From a virus, in IMG/VR virus record IMGVR_UViG_3300005393_000308: a stretch of DNA of 30,972 nucleotides; one strand, given 5' to 3'. The translations under genes were made by a program, and so were the position numbers. Shown here one piece after another: positions 1-8,572 of this stretch. Below the pieces are notes generated by a model. The model was not told where the DNA came from, ran no database searches, and worked only from the letters and a program-made list of their open reading frames with translations. The stretch's first letter is position 1; every line of letters starts with the position of its first letter.

Positions 1-61
1 CGGACTCAAAATCCGCCGGGGCTCACACCCCGTAGGGGTTCGACTCCCCTCTTCGGCACCA
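1..61 (+). tRNA. tRNA-Leu(CAA), 5'-truncated by the window edge
   Basis: Anticodon arm CGGA-CTCAAAA-TCCG, long variable arm (CGGGG...CCCCG), T arm AGGGG-TTCGACT-CCCCT, ends GGCACCA at 61. Confidence 0.93.
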
Positions 62-71
62 GCTAATTTTT

Positions 72-114
72 AAGCCTTTCCAGGCTCGCTTACACGGGCA
101 GCAGGAAAGGCTTT
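72..114. terminator. Probable bidirectional intrinsic terminator between tRNA-Leu and the convergent c-di-GMP gene
   Basis: AAGCCTTTCC (72-81) is the reverse complement of GGAAAGGCTT (104-113), with T-rich flanks, between two converging 3' ends. Confidence 0.6.
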
Positions 115-121
115 TCAATGT

Positions 122-2512
122 TTATTGATGCTTTTTATTCATTAACTGAATAAACTTTGTCACCAGCTGCGGATCAAATTGAGTACCAGCACACCTTTGC
201 AGCTCATGTACAGCCTCCTCATGGGTCATGGCTTTGTGGTAAGGTCTGTCGCTGGTCATGGCGTCATAGGCATCCACAATTGCCAGCATGCGGCACTCCA
301 GAGGTATTTCTTCACCCTTGAGCCCAAGCGGGTACCCCTCGCCGTTCCACCATTCATGGTGTTTAAGAATCCAATCGGCAATTGGAGCAAGATCCGGCGC
401 GAGGACAGCAATACGATGTCCGATTATGCAGTGCCGCTGCATTTCGGCAAACTCCTCACTTGTAAGAGGACCTGGTTTAAAAAGTATGCTGTCCGGTACT
501 CCTACTTTACCGATATCGTGAAACTGCGCCAGGAGGCGGAGGTCGGTTAAACTGCGTTCGGGCAGGCCCATAGCCACAGCTAAATCTACCACCAGGGCCT
601 GCAGCCGGTCCGTGTGCTCCTCAGTATGAAAATCCCGTGCTTCCAGTATCTTCATGAGGGTTTGCACCACAACGCTGCGGGTGCTTTGGGTACGGTGAAG
701 TTTTTCCCGGTACATCTTGTTGTCAGCTTCTTTAAAGAGCTCACTTACATTTATCGGCGCTCCGCTTCTTGCAGCAAACCCTACAGATATGTTCAGCGGC
801 AGCTCCGGCTCTGTCGCGTTATATCTCGCTACTGCATCCCTTATCCTTTTACAGGCGCTCTCAATAGTTTTTTCTTCACTGTTCGGGAGTATCACGGCAA
901 ACTCGTCACCCCCGATTCTGGCTACCACATCATTTTCACGAAAGGAACTTTTGATAATATTGGCAGCGGTCAAAAGCAACGTATCCCCGACCTCATGCCC
1001 AAGCGTGTCGTTGATAAATTTAAGTCCGTCCACATCACAAACGATAATACCGGCCGAAGTATAGCGCCCATCCTCCACCCGCCGCATTTCCTCCTCAAAA
1101 TAAGCACGGTTATGGAGGCCGGTGAGCGGATCGTGCAGGCTCAAATACTTCAGGCGATCCTCCATTTGCTTTTGTTTAGTCACATCCCGGATAATCTCAA
1201 TGGCACCTACGATATTCCCTTCTTTATCAAAAAGAGGGGAGGCCGTTCCCCAGATATAGGCTCCCTTTCCGCCATACATTTTGGGCAAAAAAGATGCACA
1301 GTGCAAAACATCGCCTTTTCTCTCAAAAATATCGTAGAACAGGCTCGGCTGGCTCTCTGGATCAAAAATAAAATCAGCTAAAACCGGACGCGGGTTTTCG
1401 TAAAAGGGTATCGAGTACTCATAATTACCCTTACCCAGCATTTCTTCTTTTGGTACCCCGGTCATCTCCTCCATCGCCCGGTTCCAGGCAATAACCTTCC
1501 TCTCGCGGTTAATTACAAAGGTAGCGTCGGGAAGAAATTCAATGATATCCTGGAGCCGCTGGTTGGCTAACGCCAGGTCTTTCTCTTTTTCCTCCAATTT
1601 TTTATACTGCTGCCTGAGCTCCTCCTCTGTAGCCATCAGCTCTTCATTAATAGCAGTCAACTCCTCATTGGCTGCTATCAATTCCTCATTGTTCATCCGC
1701 AGCTCTTCTTTAATCCGCTCACGCTCGGTTATGTCTATCCCCGTGGCTATAACATACTCCACCAAGCCGTTATCACCAGGAAGTATGGTAGCTGACCAGG
1801 CAATCAAACGTCTGTCCCCGACTTTTGTTAAACAATAACTGTCAAATAGCTTTGGATACAGGCCGTTACAAAGCTCCTCGAAAGCAGCCATCACCATTTC
1901 CACCTGTTCCGGTATTAAGAATAACTCCCAGAAGCACTTATCTTTTACCTCGTTGAACAGGTAGCCTGTGATTTGTTCGCAGGTCTGGTTGAAGCGGACT
2001 ATCCTTCCTGCTGGGTCCAAAACTACTACCAGGCAACCGGCCACATCAAGGACCGCTAAAATGAAATCACGCTCTTTTTTGAGCTCACGCTCGGCCTGCT
2101 TTCTCCCTGTAATATCAGTAATCAGCCCCACTGAGCCGGCAAAACGCCCATCCCTGTCACAAAAGGGGGCGGCAGACACTATTGCCCATAAGTCTGTGCC
2201 GTCTTTCCGGCGGTACTTACAATCGTATTGCTCCGCAATACCCTGCTTGCGGCGCTTCATGACGGTCCTTACAGCATCATGGTACCTTTCATCAATAAAA
2301 TCATATATTGCCCGGCCGATCATCTCCTCTACGAAATAGCCCAGCATCTCGGCCATCTTTTCATTAACAAAGGCTACCCTACCGTCAGCGTCAATTACCA
2401 GGATACCTTCGTTGGCTGTTTTAACTACCCAACGGTACCACTCTTCATGTTCCGCCAGCGCCATCTCCACCGGTTTTATTTCAATTTTATTAAGTTGCAT
2501 AATTTGCAACAT
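122..2512 (-). CDS. PAS x3 / GGDEF / HD-GYP c-di-GMP turnover protein (host gene)
   Basis: Three PAS/PAC units ending DITGRK, DITERE and DVTKQK; a coiled coil; HDPLTGLHNR; intact GGDEF preceded by an RxxD I-site (REND); HDIGK and HHEWWNGEGYP HD-GYP motifs. Confidence 0.95.
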   Translation of the reverse strand: MLQIMQLNKIEIKPVEMALAEHEEWYRWVVKTANEGILVIDADGRVAFVNEKMAEMLGYFVEEMIGRAIYDFIDERYHDAVRTVMKRRKQGIAEQYDCKYRRKDGTDLWAIVSAAPFCDRDGRFAGSVGLITDITGRKQAERELKKERDFILAVLDVAGCLVVVLDPAGRIVRFNQTCEQITGYLFNEVKDKCFWELFLIPEQVEMVMAAFEELCNGLYPKLFDSYCLTKVGDRRLIAWSATILPGDNGLVEYVIATGIDITERERIKEELRMNNEELIAANEELTAINEELMATEEELRQQYKKLEEKEKDLALANQRLQDIIEFLPDATFVINRERKVIAWNRAMEEMTGVPKEEMLGKGNYEYSIPFYENPRPVLADFIFDPESQPSLFYDIFERKGDVLHCASFLPKMYGGKGAYIWGTASPLFDKEGNIVGAIEIIRDVTKQKQMEDRLKYLSLHDPLTGLHNRAYFEEEMRRVEDGRYTSAGIIVCDVDGLKFINDTLGHEVGDTLLLTAANIIKSSFRENDVVARIGGDEFAVILPNSEEKTIESACKRIRDAVARYNATEPELPLNISVGFAARSGAPINVSELFKEADNKMYREKLHRTQSTRSVVVQTLMKILEARDFHTEEHTDRLQALVVDLAVAMGLPERSLTDLRLLAQFHDIGKVGVPDSILFKPGPLTSEEFAEMQRHCIIGHRIAVLAPDLAPIADWILKHHEWWNGEGYPLGLKGEEIPLECRMLAIVDAYDAMTSDRPYHKAMTHEEAVHELQRCAGTQFDPQLVTKFIQLMNKKHQ

Positions 2513-2760
2513 TTCCTTTCATACCTTCCTGACAATGGAACAAATCTTTAACCTGGTTTCTGAAACCCAGGCAAATATGACCGCCTGAATTCCTCTCCCG
2601 CCAGTCAAGTGGGAGATTAGGGTCACAGAGTTCAATCTCCGAATCTGTGACTCGCCCCAAAAACCTTTTCCTTTCTTGAAATAATTTATTTATAAATAAT
2701 TTATTTACCTAATATCGATTTGCCAAATTAACAGGTAAATGATAGGGTATTGGTATTTTT

Positions 2761-2819
2761 TTCGACAATGTTTACCGATTACCTGCTACAATTATCGACA
2801 ATTATCGAGAAATTCGACT
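2761..2819 (-). promoter_or_regulatory. Cluster of Spo0A-box-like heptamers upstream of the c-di-GMP gene
   Basis: Perfect TGTCGAA on the minus strand (2761-2767) plus near matches at 2794-2800, 2804-2810 and 2813-2819. Confidence 0.4.
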
Positions 2820-2870
2820 TTAAATATCAGTAAATTCTGACTTTAATTTATATTTTTCTCCTAATAATTA

Positions 2871-2907
2871 AGTTGTCCAGAAAGCACTGCCAGCTAACTG
2901 GACAACT
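2871..2907 (-). terminator. Inverted repeat downstream of the tRNA-Gly 3' end; likely the original tRNA terminator
   Basis: AGTTGTCCAG (2871-2880) / CTGGACAACT (2898-2907), a perfect 10-bp inverted repeat about 60 bp past the CCA end. Confidence 0.4.
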
Positions 2908-2967
2908 GAACTCCCACTTGTTTTTCATACCCCAAAACAAAATCCATATAAATCAATTAGACAAATC

Positions 2968-3017
2968 TGGAGCGGGTGATGGGAATCGAACCCACGTACC
3001 CGGCTTGGAAGGCCGGG
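2968..3017 (-). repeat. Prophage att site: displaced 3' half of tRNA-Gly(TCC)
   Basis: Minus strand reads CCCGGC-CTTCCAA-GCCGGG TAC GTGGG-TTCGATT-CCCAT CACCCGC TCCA. Anticodon arm, T arm and 3' acceptor strand are present, but there is no 5' GCGGGTG strand or D arm upstream. It sits exactly at the host/phage gene boundary. Confidence 0.88.
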
Positions 3018-3178
3018 TTAACCTGTTTTAACTCCTGAGATGTTGGTGCTACTAGACTACCCTAGTTTCACCACCCTGCCAGCGTAACCGGCTAGGACTA
3101 CCTGCTATATGTCTCACAAATAGCCAGGCCGGTGGCCTTAGTTGATCTTATCATCTTATTATTCGTGGGTCAAGATCT

Positions 3179-3454
3179 TTATATACCGACCTGTACCTCG
3201 TTACTCTGCAGCGACCTGTTTCCTTTCTTGTCCACACTGGTCATCACGAAGTAGTACTTTCCGGCATGCATGCTCGCCAGAGTGTACTGGCTGATGTTCC
3301 GCTCATTGATTATATCAGCTATGAAGTATGGCCCTCTCTTCCTGTAACTTATCCATATCTCATACTTCACGACATCCGCAGACCGCGACAGTCTCCACTT
3401 CAGCCTGATATTGCTGGTGTTAGTTATATACCACCCCTGTGCTGCGTGTATCAA
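3179..3454 (-). CDS. Small fibronectin type III-like protein
   Basis: IRLKW...VVKYEI...YTL..M..GKYYFVMTSVDKKGNRS..SN follows the FN3 pattern; abuts the upstream gene. Confidence 0.65.
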   Translation of the reverse strand: MIHAAQGWYITNTSNIRLKWRLSRSADVVKYEIWISYRKRGPYFIADIINERNISQYTLASMHAGKYYFVMTSVDKKGNRSLQSNEVQVGI

Positions 3455-3676
3455 TTAAACCACCAGCCTGCATATGATGTAATCCCCTTCTTCAACCGGG
3501 AAGTCTATATGCAGCTTTCTTCCTTCAACTGTATAGTCACTTTTGCTTACAAGTATCCCGTTGCGAAAGACCAGTATCGAGCCATACCATGGATTGAAGT
3601 CAAGGTCGAAGTCAACCTGGTCTGTTGATGTGATTGCGAATGTATTCTCCTGTTCTGTTTCTGTCCACAGAGCCAT
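3455..3676 (-). CDS. Small beta-rich phage protein
   Basis: RBS AAGGAAGGG; VFRNG...DY...IDFP..GDYI motif that recurs in the structural genes of this window. Confidence 0.65.
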   Translation of the reverse strand: MALWTETEQENTFAITSTDQVDFDLDFNPWYGSILVFRNGILVSKSDYTVEGRKLHIDFPVEEGDYIICRLVV

Positions 3677-3698
3677 GATAAATCCCTTCCTTAATTAT

Positions 3699-3880
3699 GT
3701 GACGTACCCTACGCCTAAAGGCATAGGGCTTCTCGCTTCATCCTATCTAGCGGTAGTCCACGAAGGCTCCGTCCGAGCCTAGTAATAGTGGTACCTAAGC
3801 TGCTTGCATAGCTAATGCTCTCTGAAGGATGTTCCTGGCAGCGTTAACGTCGCGGTCTATAGAGAGCCCACAGTATGGGC
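3699..3880 (-). ncRNA. Putative TnpB omegaRNA (right-end RNA) scaffold; 5' limit approximate
   Basis: Overlaps the tnpB 3' end and runs through hairpin AGGCTC-GGACG-GAGCCT and the right-end hairpin to TCAC. The predicted guide is the flank ATAATTAAGGAAGGGA. Confidence 0.55.
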
Positions 3881-3983
3881 AACAGTGCCAGCGGTCATTA
3901 AGGGTTTTGGGCACAACGTTACCACAAGCAGAGCACTCCTGGGATGTGTTGCGTGGGTCAACTGCGACTACTTGCCTATCAGC
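3795..3983 (-). pseudogene. tnpB: TnpB C-terminal remnant (Zn ribbon and RuvC-III), absent from the ORF track
   Basis: Translates ADRQVVAVDPRNTSQECSACGNVVPKTLNDRWHCCPYCGLSIDRDVNAARNILQRALAMQAA*. No upstream ATG in frame, and out of frame with the LAGLIDADG ORF. Confidence 0.9.
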
Positions 3984-4011
3984 TAGGCAGAAACTGAATG
4001 ATTTGTAAACG

Positions 4012-4492
4012 TTAGTTACGTAATGCCTGGCGAAACGCTTCTCGCTTCTGTATATCCTCGATAGTTAGTTTCTTGTTTGACCTTTGTGTACTCATATATC
4101 TTTGAAACTCGATTGCGATCTGCGCTTGTTGTTTTTTTAACACGCAGAAATGGTTGAATTGCGCTCAGGAATTCCATTGCTTGCATCGACATAATTCGCC
4201 AAGCCCAGCAAGGGCGTCGTCCTTTCCTGTTGCGGTAATGCGAGTTATCAGAAATGTGTCCTCCAAATGTAGTGTGAAGCCATTCTATTAATTCTCTGTC
4301 TGTGTTGGTAATGCTAACTTGTAGCCAATAATGTGGGCTCTCCGTGCCCTTTTTAGGCTTACTGACACAAATAGTAATTGAGCCTTCGCCATCGAATAAA
4401 CCTACAACATAAGCTAAGGTTAAGGAAACGACTTCAAGCCTCTTCTCTTGCTCCGTATTCGGGTAGAGCTTGTACTTGTACAGCTTGAGCAT
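4012..4492 (-). CDS. TnpB N-terminus::LAGLIDADG endonuclease fusion with an apparent 1-nt frameshift at an A7 run (4132-4138)
   Basis: RBS then ATG at 4492: MLKLYKYKLYPNTEQEKRLE (TnpB start) runs in frame into LAYVVGLFDGEGSI...QVSITNTDRELIEWLHTTFGG...IQPFLRVKK. Removing one A gives a typical tail, QQAQIAIEFQ...KREAFRQALRN* (stop 4012-4014). Confidence 0.82.
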
Positions 4493-4625
4493 CCTTCTCC
4501 GCCTCCCTCCTGAGTACATCAATGACATACTGGTGCATGGACCTGCGTCTAGCGAAGGCAGCACGCCGTAGCAACTCGTGCAAGTCTGGAGTTAGGCGGA
4601 GAGGAAACTTAACCGTCTTCTCCAT
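4434..4625 (-). CDS. Arc-like ribbon-helix-helix DNA-binding protein inside the IS element
   Basis: KFPLRLTPDLHELLRRAA...RSMHQYVIDVL is an Arc/RHH pattern; RBS GGAGGTG. Confidence 0.8.
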   Translation of the reverse strand: MEKTVKFPLRLTPDLHELLRRAAFARRRSMHQYVIDVLRREAEKDAQAVQVQALPEYGAREEA

Positions 4626-4778
4626 AGGTACACCTCCATTTGGCTATTATGGACCTCCATTACTATATAGTACCTATAGAGAGCATTGTTACTTCGCTCG
4701 TACTGATGACTTTAGTACCGCCGCTTTCATCCCATCCCCTAAAGGAGATGGGTTTTCCCGCGGCTGTGATATAAGTAC

Positions 4779-6635
4779 TTACACGCCCGCTATTGTATAT
4801 GCCATGTATATACCAGAGGAGTGCAGGTCTTTTTTCTCACAGGCGGTATTGATTATTATACTGTCATCTTTATAGGAAATCAGGTCCAGTTCCTCCAGAG
4901 TTGCCAGCGCTGGCTGGAGCACTTCAGCGTAGTTTCCAGCGATCCTGTTTAGCCTGTTGGTGTAGATTGCCTCGTAGATGATGCCTATCAGATTTCTGCT
5001 GAGACTTATATGCTGTGTGACCGCCTGAACTATTCCCTTGGGTTCCAACCTGTCATTGTAGTTATTAATGTCAAGTGTAAGGGCAATGTCCCAGGGTTTC
5101 CTGACTGAACTATATGTATCACCGCCGCCAAACCAGATGAACCATGTGTTGTCCAGTCTGAACCGGATGTGCTCGCCCGTATTTGTCTTGCTGAGGCACG
5201 CTGGGTTTGCCCGCCGGATTAGGAACACCGGCTGGGGGTTACTGCAACCGTACGGCTCCAATATCTTAAGCTGAGCAATCTCGTCCATATTGCCAGCGTC
5301 CTTAGCTGTGATGACAGCGTCAATATTTACAGCCGGCGGCTTTGGCAACGGAAGTATCTTATTTAGCACAGCCCGCAAAGTATCTACTTTGTCCGGGTAT
5401 ACATTTACTCCTACGGCCTGCTTGTGGCCGCCGTAGGAGGCCAGGCATTCTTCCGTTTGCCTCAGCGCGTCTATCAGGTCATACCCGCCAGGCGCCCGGC
5501 CTGATCCCTTCCATGCATCACCATGTTCACCAAGCACTATAGCCGGCCGCCCGTAGTGGCTGCACAGGTGACCCGCCACCAGACCGGCTATACCATGAGG
5601 TATATTCTCGTCAGAGACGACTATTATCCTGTCGTCCTTTGTGACACTTAGTCTTTCCAGTATTGATGTCTTTATCTCCGCCACCAGCCGCCGGCGTTCC
5701 TGGTTGAGTTCTACCAGCCGTTCTGCCAGCCTGTATGTTTCACGTACGTCATCGGCAATGAACATTTCAAGGGCAACGTCTGGACTGCCAAGGCGGCCCG
5801 GGGCGTTAATACATGGAGCTACTATATATCCTATCGACTGTGCGTCCGGCGTGTCCAGTTCCAGCACATCCCGCAGGGCTGTTATACCCGGCAGGCTGAC
5901 CAGAGGCCACAACTCCAGTCCCTGTTTGACTATATACCTGTTTTCATGCTCCAGGGGCATTATATCGGCCACTGTGGCTACCGCAGCAAGCACAGTCATT
6001 TCAGGGGGTATCCGCATCTTGAGTTCCTGTCCTATTTCTTCTATAAGCTTGTAGACCAGTCCCGCCGCACAGTAACCGGTAAACTTCATCTGTCCGCTAT
6101 AGTACTCGGGATTGACAAAGCATGCAACCGGCGGCCGGCCGTACATCGGCTCGTGGTGGTCCACGACTATGACTTCAATACCCCTGGCCCGGGCCTCCGC
6201 ACATGCTTCAATATCATTGGTGCCGCTGTCCACAGCTATGATCAGCGTGGTACCTGCCTCCGTTGCCTTTTCCACGGCATACCTGTTAAACCCGTATCCA
6301 ATAGAGCGGTCGGGTAGGTACCAGTCGACGACACCTCCCAGCCGTCTCAGCCACAACACCAGCATCGCTGTAGCGCAGATCCCGTCTGCATCGTAGTCGC
6401 CTGATACAAGTATCTTGCCATCTCTTGTATGCCTTATCACCAGGCGGCTCGCGTCCTTAAGCTCGGGAATGGCTGACGGGATCGTCCTCTTGTCCGCTGA
6501 TATATAGTCGTAGGCATCCTTGCTGGACCTGAATCTGCCGGCCAGCACCTCGCTGACCAATTTGCCGACGCCATCTGCCGTTAGCTCCGCAGGGTTAAAG
6601 TTCCGCTTGTTCAGCCGCCAGATCGGGTTAGACAT
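4779..6635 (-). CDS. recJ: RecJ-like ssDNA exonuclease (DHH/DHHA1)
   Basis: GDYDADG, VDSG, VDHH, TVADIMPLEHENR, INAPGRL, GSGR, GGH and LEPYG.SNPQP motifs. Confidence 0.92.
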   Translation of the reverse strand: MSNPIWRLNKRNFNPAELTADGVGKLVSEVLAGRFRSSKDAYDYISADKRTIPSAIPELKDASRLVIRHTRDGKILVSGDYDADGICATAMLVLWLRRLGGVVDWYLPDRSIGYGFNRYAVEKATEAGTTLIIAVDSGTNDIEACAEARARGIEVIVVDHHEPMYGRPPVACFVNPEYYSGQMKFTGYCAAGLVYKLIEEIGQELKMRIPPEMTVLAAVATVADIMPLEHENRYIVKQGLELWPLVSLPGITALRDVLELDTPDAQSIGYIVAPCINAPGRLGSPDVALEMFIADDVRETYRLAERLVELNQERRRLVAEIKTSILERLSVTKDDRIIVVSDENIPHGIAGLVAGHLCSHYGRPAIVLGEHGDAWKGSGRAPGGYDLIDALRQTEECLASYGGHKQAVGVNVYPDKVDTLRAVLNKILPLPKPPAVNIDAVITAKDAGNMDEIAQLKILEPYGCSNPQPVFLIRRANPACLSKTNTGEHIRFRLDNTWFIWFGGGDTYSSVRKPWDIALTLDINNYNDRLEPKGIVQAVTQHISLSRNLIGIIYEAIYTNRLNRIAGNYAEVLQPALATLEELDLISYKDDSIIINTACEKKDLHSSGIYMAYTIAGV

Positions 6636-6636
6636 G

Positions 6637-6960
6637 TTATCCCCCCAGGATAGTTCCTTTGAACTGCTGTTCGCCGGGTATCTCGTGAATTACTTTCAAT
6701 ATGACATTGGTTGACTGGGGTAATCTGGTTCCCCTGTCGGCCAGGTAAGCCGTCCTTACAGTCGGAGATGTCTGCATCACGTACCACGGTTCCGGATCTT
6801 CGCCCACATATAGCCTGAACTCCGCCGAACACGTGCCGGTGCCACAGAATCCTATGAGATACCTGATTCCGTCTGCTGTCCAGCGGCAGATCTCCTGTTC
6901 TACATTCGGCGGGATCGATATGCCGGTATTATTTCTTGCCAGCATGCGGTTCTCCACCAC
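6637..6960 (-). CDS. Hypothetical phage protein
   Basis: 107-aa ORF filling the gap between the sigma factor and recJ; translationally coupled layout. Confidence 0.6.
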   Translation of the reverse strand: MVENRMLARNNTGISIPPNVEQEICRWTADGIRYLIGFCGTGTCSAEFRLYVGEDPEPWYVMQTSPTVRTAYLADRGTRLPQSTNVILKVIHEIPGEQQFKGTILGG

Positions 6961-7744
6961 CCGCTAGCTTTAGTTTTGCTTCGTTCCGTATCCTGCGCAC
7001 CTTTGTGGTGCTGAATCCAAATTCTTCGCCTATTTCTCTATCCTTCCATCCCTTATCATAGTACAATGCAAGTATTCTCCTTTCAAGAGGCGACAGGTTA
7101 TGGAATATCTCTGAACAGGTGTCGCCGTTAATCCAGTTTTCGTCCAGCGGCGTATCCCCTTCATCTATCAGCGCGAGGAGCGGTTCATCTACTCGAATCT
7201 GCTCTACCAGGTTCGCGTCGTCTTCAAACTCGTCCGGTTCCGTTACGTTGTAGTTGCGGGCGATCATTGAAACCGGGTCATTTGTCCAGGCTGACAGTCT
7301 CTTGTAAGCTCTGTAATGAAAAGCTTTGCTGACGTAAACATGAAAAAAGCACCCGTTGTCGTTGTGGTACTTCTTGGCCATAGCCAGAAGCTCGCTGACC
7401 AGCTCCGACCGGATGTCTTCCTCGTCATAGGGTGAGAACTGTTTTGTAATCATGTTAACCATTATGAAGATTAGCTGTTTTGCCTCATTGTCCTTATAGT
7501 AGGCGCTTATTACCTTGTATCTGTCCAGCCGATTCCTCATGAACAGGGTTATAAAGCGCCTGAGGCATATGTTCCTGATATCTATTACGCCGTTTTTGAT
7601 CAACTGCACGAAGTTTTCTATAAAACCGCTGAATGCCTGGATAAGCTTCAGGGCGGCCTCGTTATTGCCGCCCTGGTAAGCTTTTACCAACCTGTCCACT
7701 TCCTGATAGTCATATCTCTTTCGTTGTGTTCTCTTTAATGTCAT
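6929..7744 (-). CDS. Phage-encoded sigma-70 family sigma factor
   Basis: Region 2-like LVKAYQGGNNEAALKLI...EEDIRSEL...AKKY...FHVYV; region 4 HTH LSPLERRILALYY..GWKDREIGEEFGFSTTKVRRIRNEA. Confidence 0.8.
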   Translation of the reverse strand: MTLKRTQRKRYDYQEVDRLVKAYQGGNNEAALKLIQAFSGFIENFVQLIKNGVIDIRNICLRRFITLFMRNRLDRYKVISAYYKDNEAKQLIFIMVNMITKQFSPYDEEDIRSELVSELLAMAKKYHNDNGCFFHVYVSKAFHYRAYKRLSAWTNDPVSMIARNYNVTEPDEFEDDANLVEQIRVDEPLLALIDEGDTPLDENWINGDTCSEIFHNLSPLERRILALYYDKGWKDREIGEEFGFSTTKVRRIRNEAKLKLAGGGEPHAGKK

Positions 7745-8294
7745 GTTGCTTCATCCTTTTGTGGGTCGTTGTGCTTTTGGACCTGTGGTTTTTCCTTCCT
7801 TTGCCATCTATCTGGTTGTCACCCTGCATATACATATGCAGGATAGCGATTGCATCGGTAATGTCGTCCGCATGGGGTTTTTCTTTTATGCAGTCAAAAT
7901 CCAGCTCGCCACTGTAGAGCTCCACCACAGCCCGGGCCACATCTTCTTTGTTCGCATTGCCACGGCCGGTTACCGCCCTCTTCACTTTGGCTGGCGGTAT
8001 TATAGCTACCTTCACTCCATACCTGCTGGCCGTCAGCATTACGGCGCCATGCACAAGGCTTAATTGGTAGGTGGTTTTGGGATTACAGGCTGTGTAACAC
8101 CCCTCCATAGCTATCTCATCTATCTTATGCTTTTTGATCAGTTCGCCTAGCCACTCGCTTATAGCCAGTAACTTGTCCTGCAATGGTCTATTTTTGTCCA
8201 GAGTAAATATTCCTGTTATCCATTTTTCATCGTCACAAATTGCGTAGCCACTGTGATTGAGTGCCGCATCAATGGCGCAAACAGTTTTCAGCAT
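7710..8294 (-). CDS. ruvC: RuvC-like Holliday junction resolvase (start moved to 8294)
   Basis: RBS AGGAGG before MLKTVCAIDAALNHSGYA; IAMEG, VKRAVTGRGNANKEDV and DDITDAIA catalytic motifs. Confidence 0.88.
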   Translation of the reverse strand: MLKTVCAIDAALNHSGYAICDDEKWITGIFTLDKNRPLQDKLLAISEWLGELIKKHKIDEIAMEGCYTACNPKTTYQLSLVHGAVMLTASRYGVKVAIIPPAKVKRAVTGRGNANKEDVARAVVELYSGELDFDCIKEKPHADDITDAIAILHMYMQGDNQIDGKGRKNHRSKSTTTHKRMKQHDIKENTTKEI

Positions 8295-8572
8295 TTGCCC
8301 TCCTGTTGGCCTATAATTATACCAGTGCTTATTCGCACCAATTGTCATACCTGTCACTGTTTCTTATGCCGGCGTAGAAGCCATCTACGAACGCCCTCAT
8401 AAGGTCTATTGTCCGCTTGTCGGTCGGCATGTTGGGAAATCTTTTACTCAGTTCTTCTCTTAATATATAGTTGCCCCAAAACTCATTAGTGGCTTTTATG
8501 ATGAATTCACAGGTAATTGCGGCTGGATGCCCCCGATTTCAATCGGGGGAGGAAAGCCGCCTAACCTCCCTT

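Larger units (their letters stand above)
3699..4770 (-). mobile_element. IS200/IS605-family non-autonomous tnpB element with its nuclease core replaced by a LAGLIDADG gene
   Basis: Left end hairpin (minus strand) GCCGC-GGGAAAA-CCCATCTCC-TTTA-GGGGATGGG-ATGAAA-GCGGC, preceded by TTAT (4771-4774). Right end GAAGCCCTATGCC-TTTA-GGCGTAGGGTACGTCAC ends at 3699. TnpB N- and C-terminal remnants lie inside. Confidence 0.88.

Noticed and set aside
2520-2660. c-di-GMP riboswitch
   Set aside because: The conserved class I GCAAA/GNRA-receptor pattern is not evident on the coding strand.
2968-3040. Intact tRNA-Gly gene
   Set aside because: The 5' acceptor strand and D arm are missing; it is an att fragment.
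3984-4430. Intein or group I intron (IStron) interrupting tnpB
   Set aside because: No Cys/Ser start or His-Asn end, no room for a ribozyme core, and most of tnpB is missing rather than interrupted.
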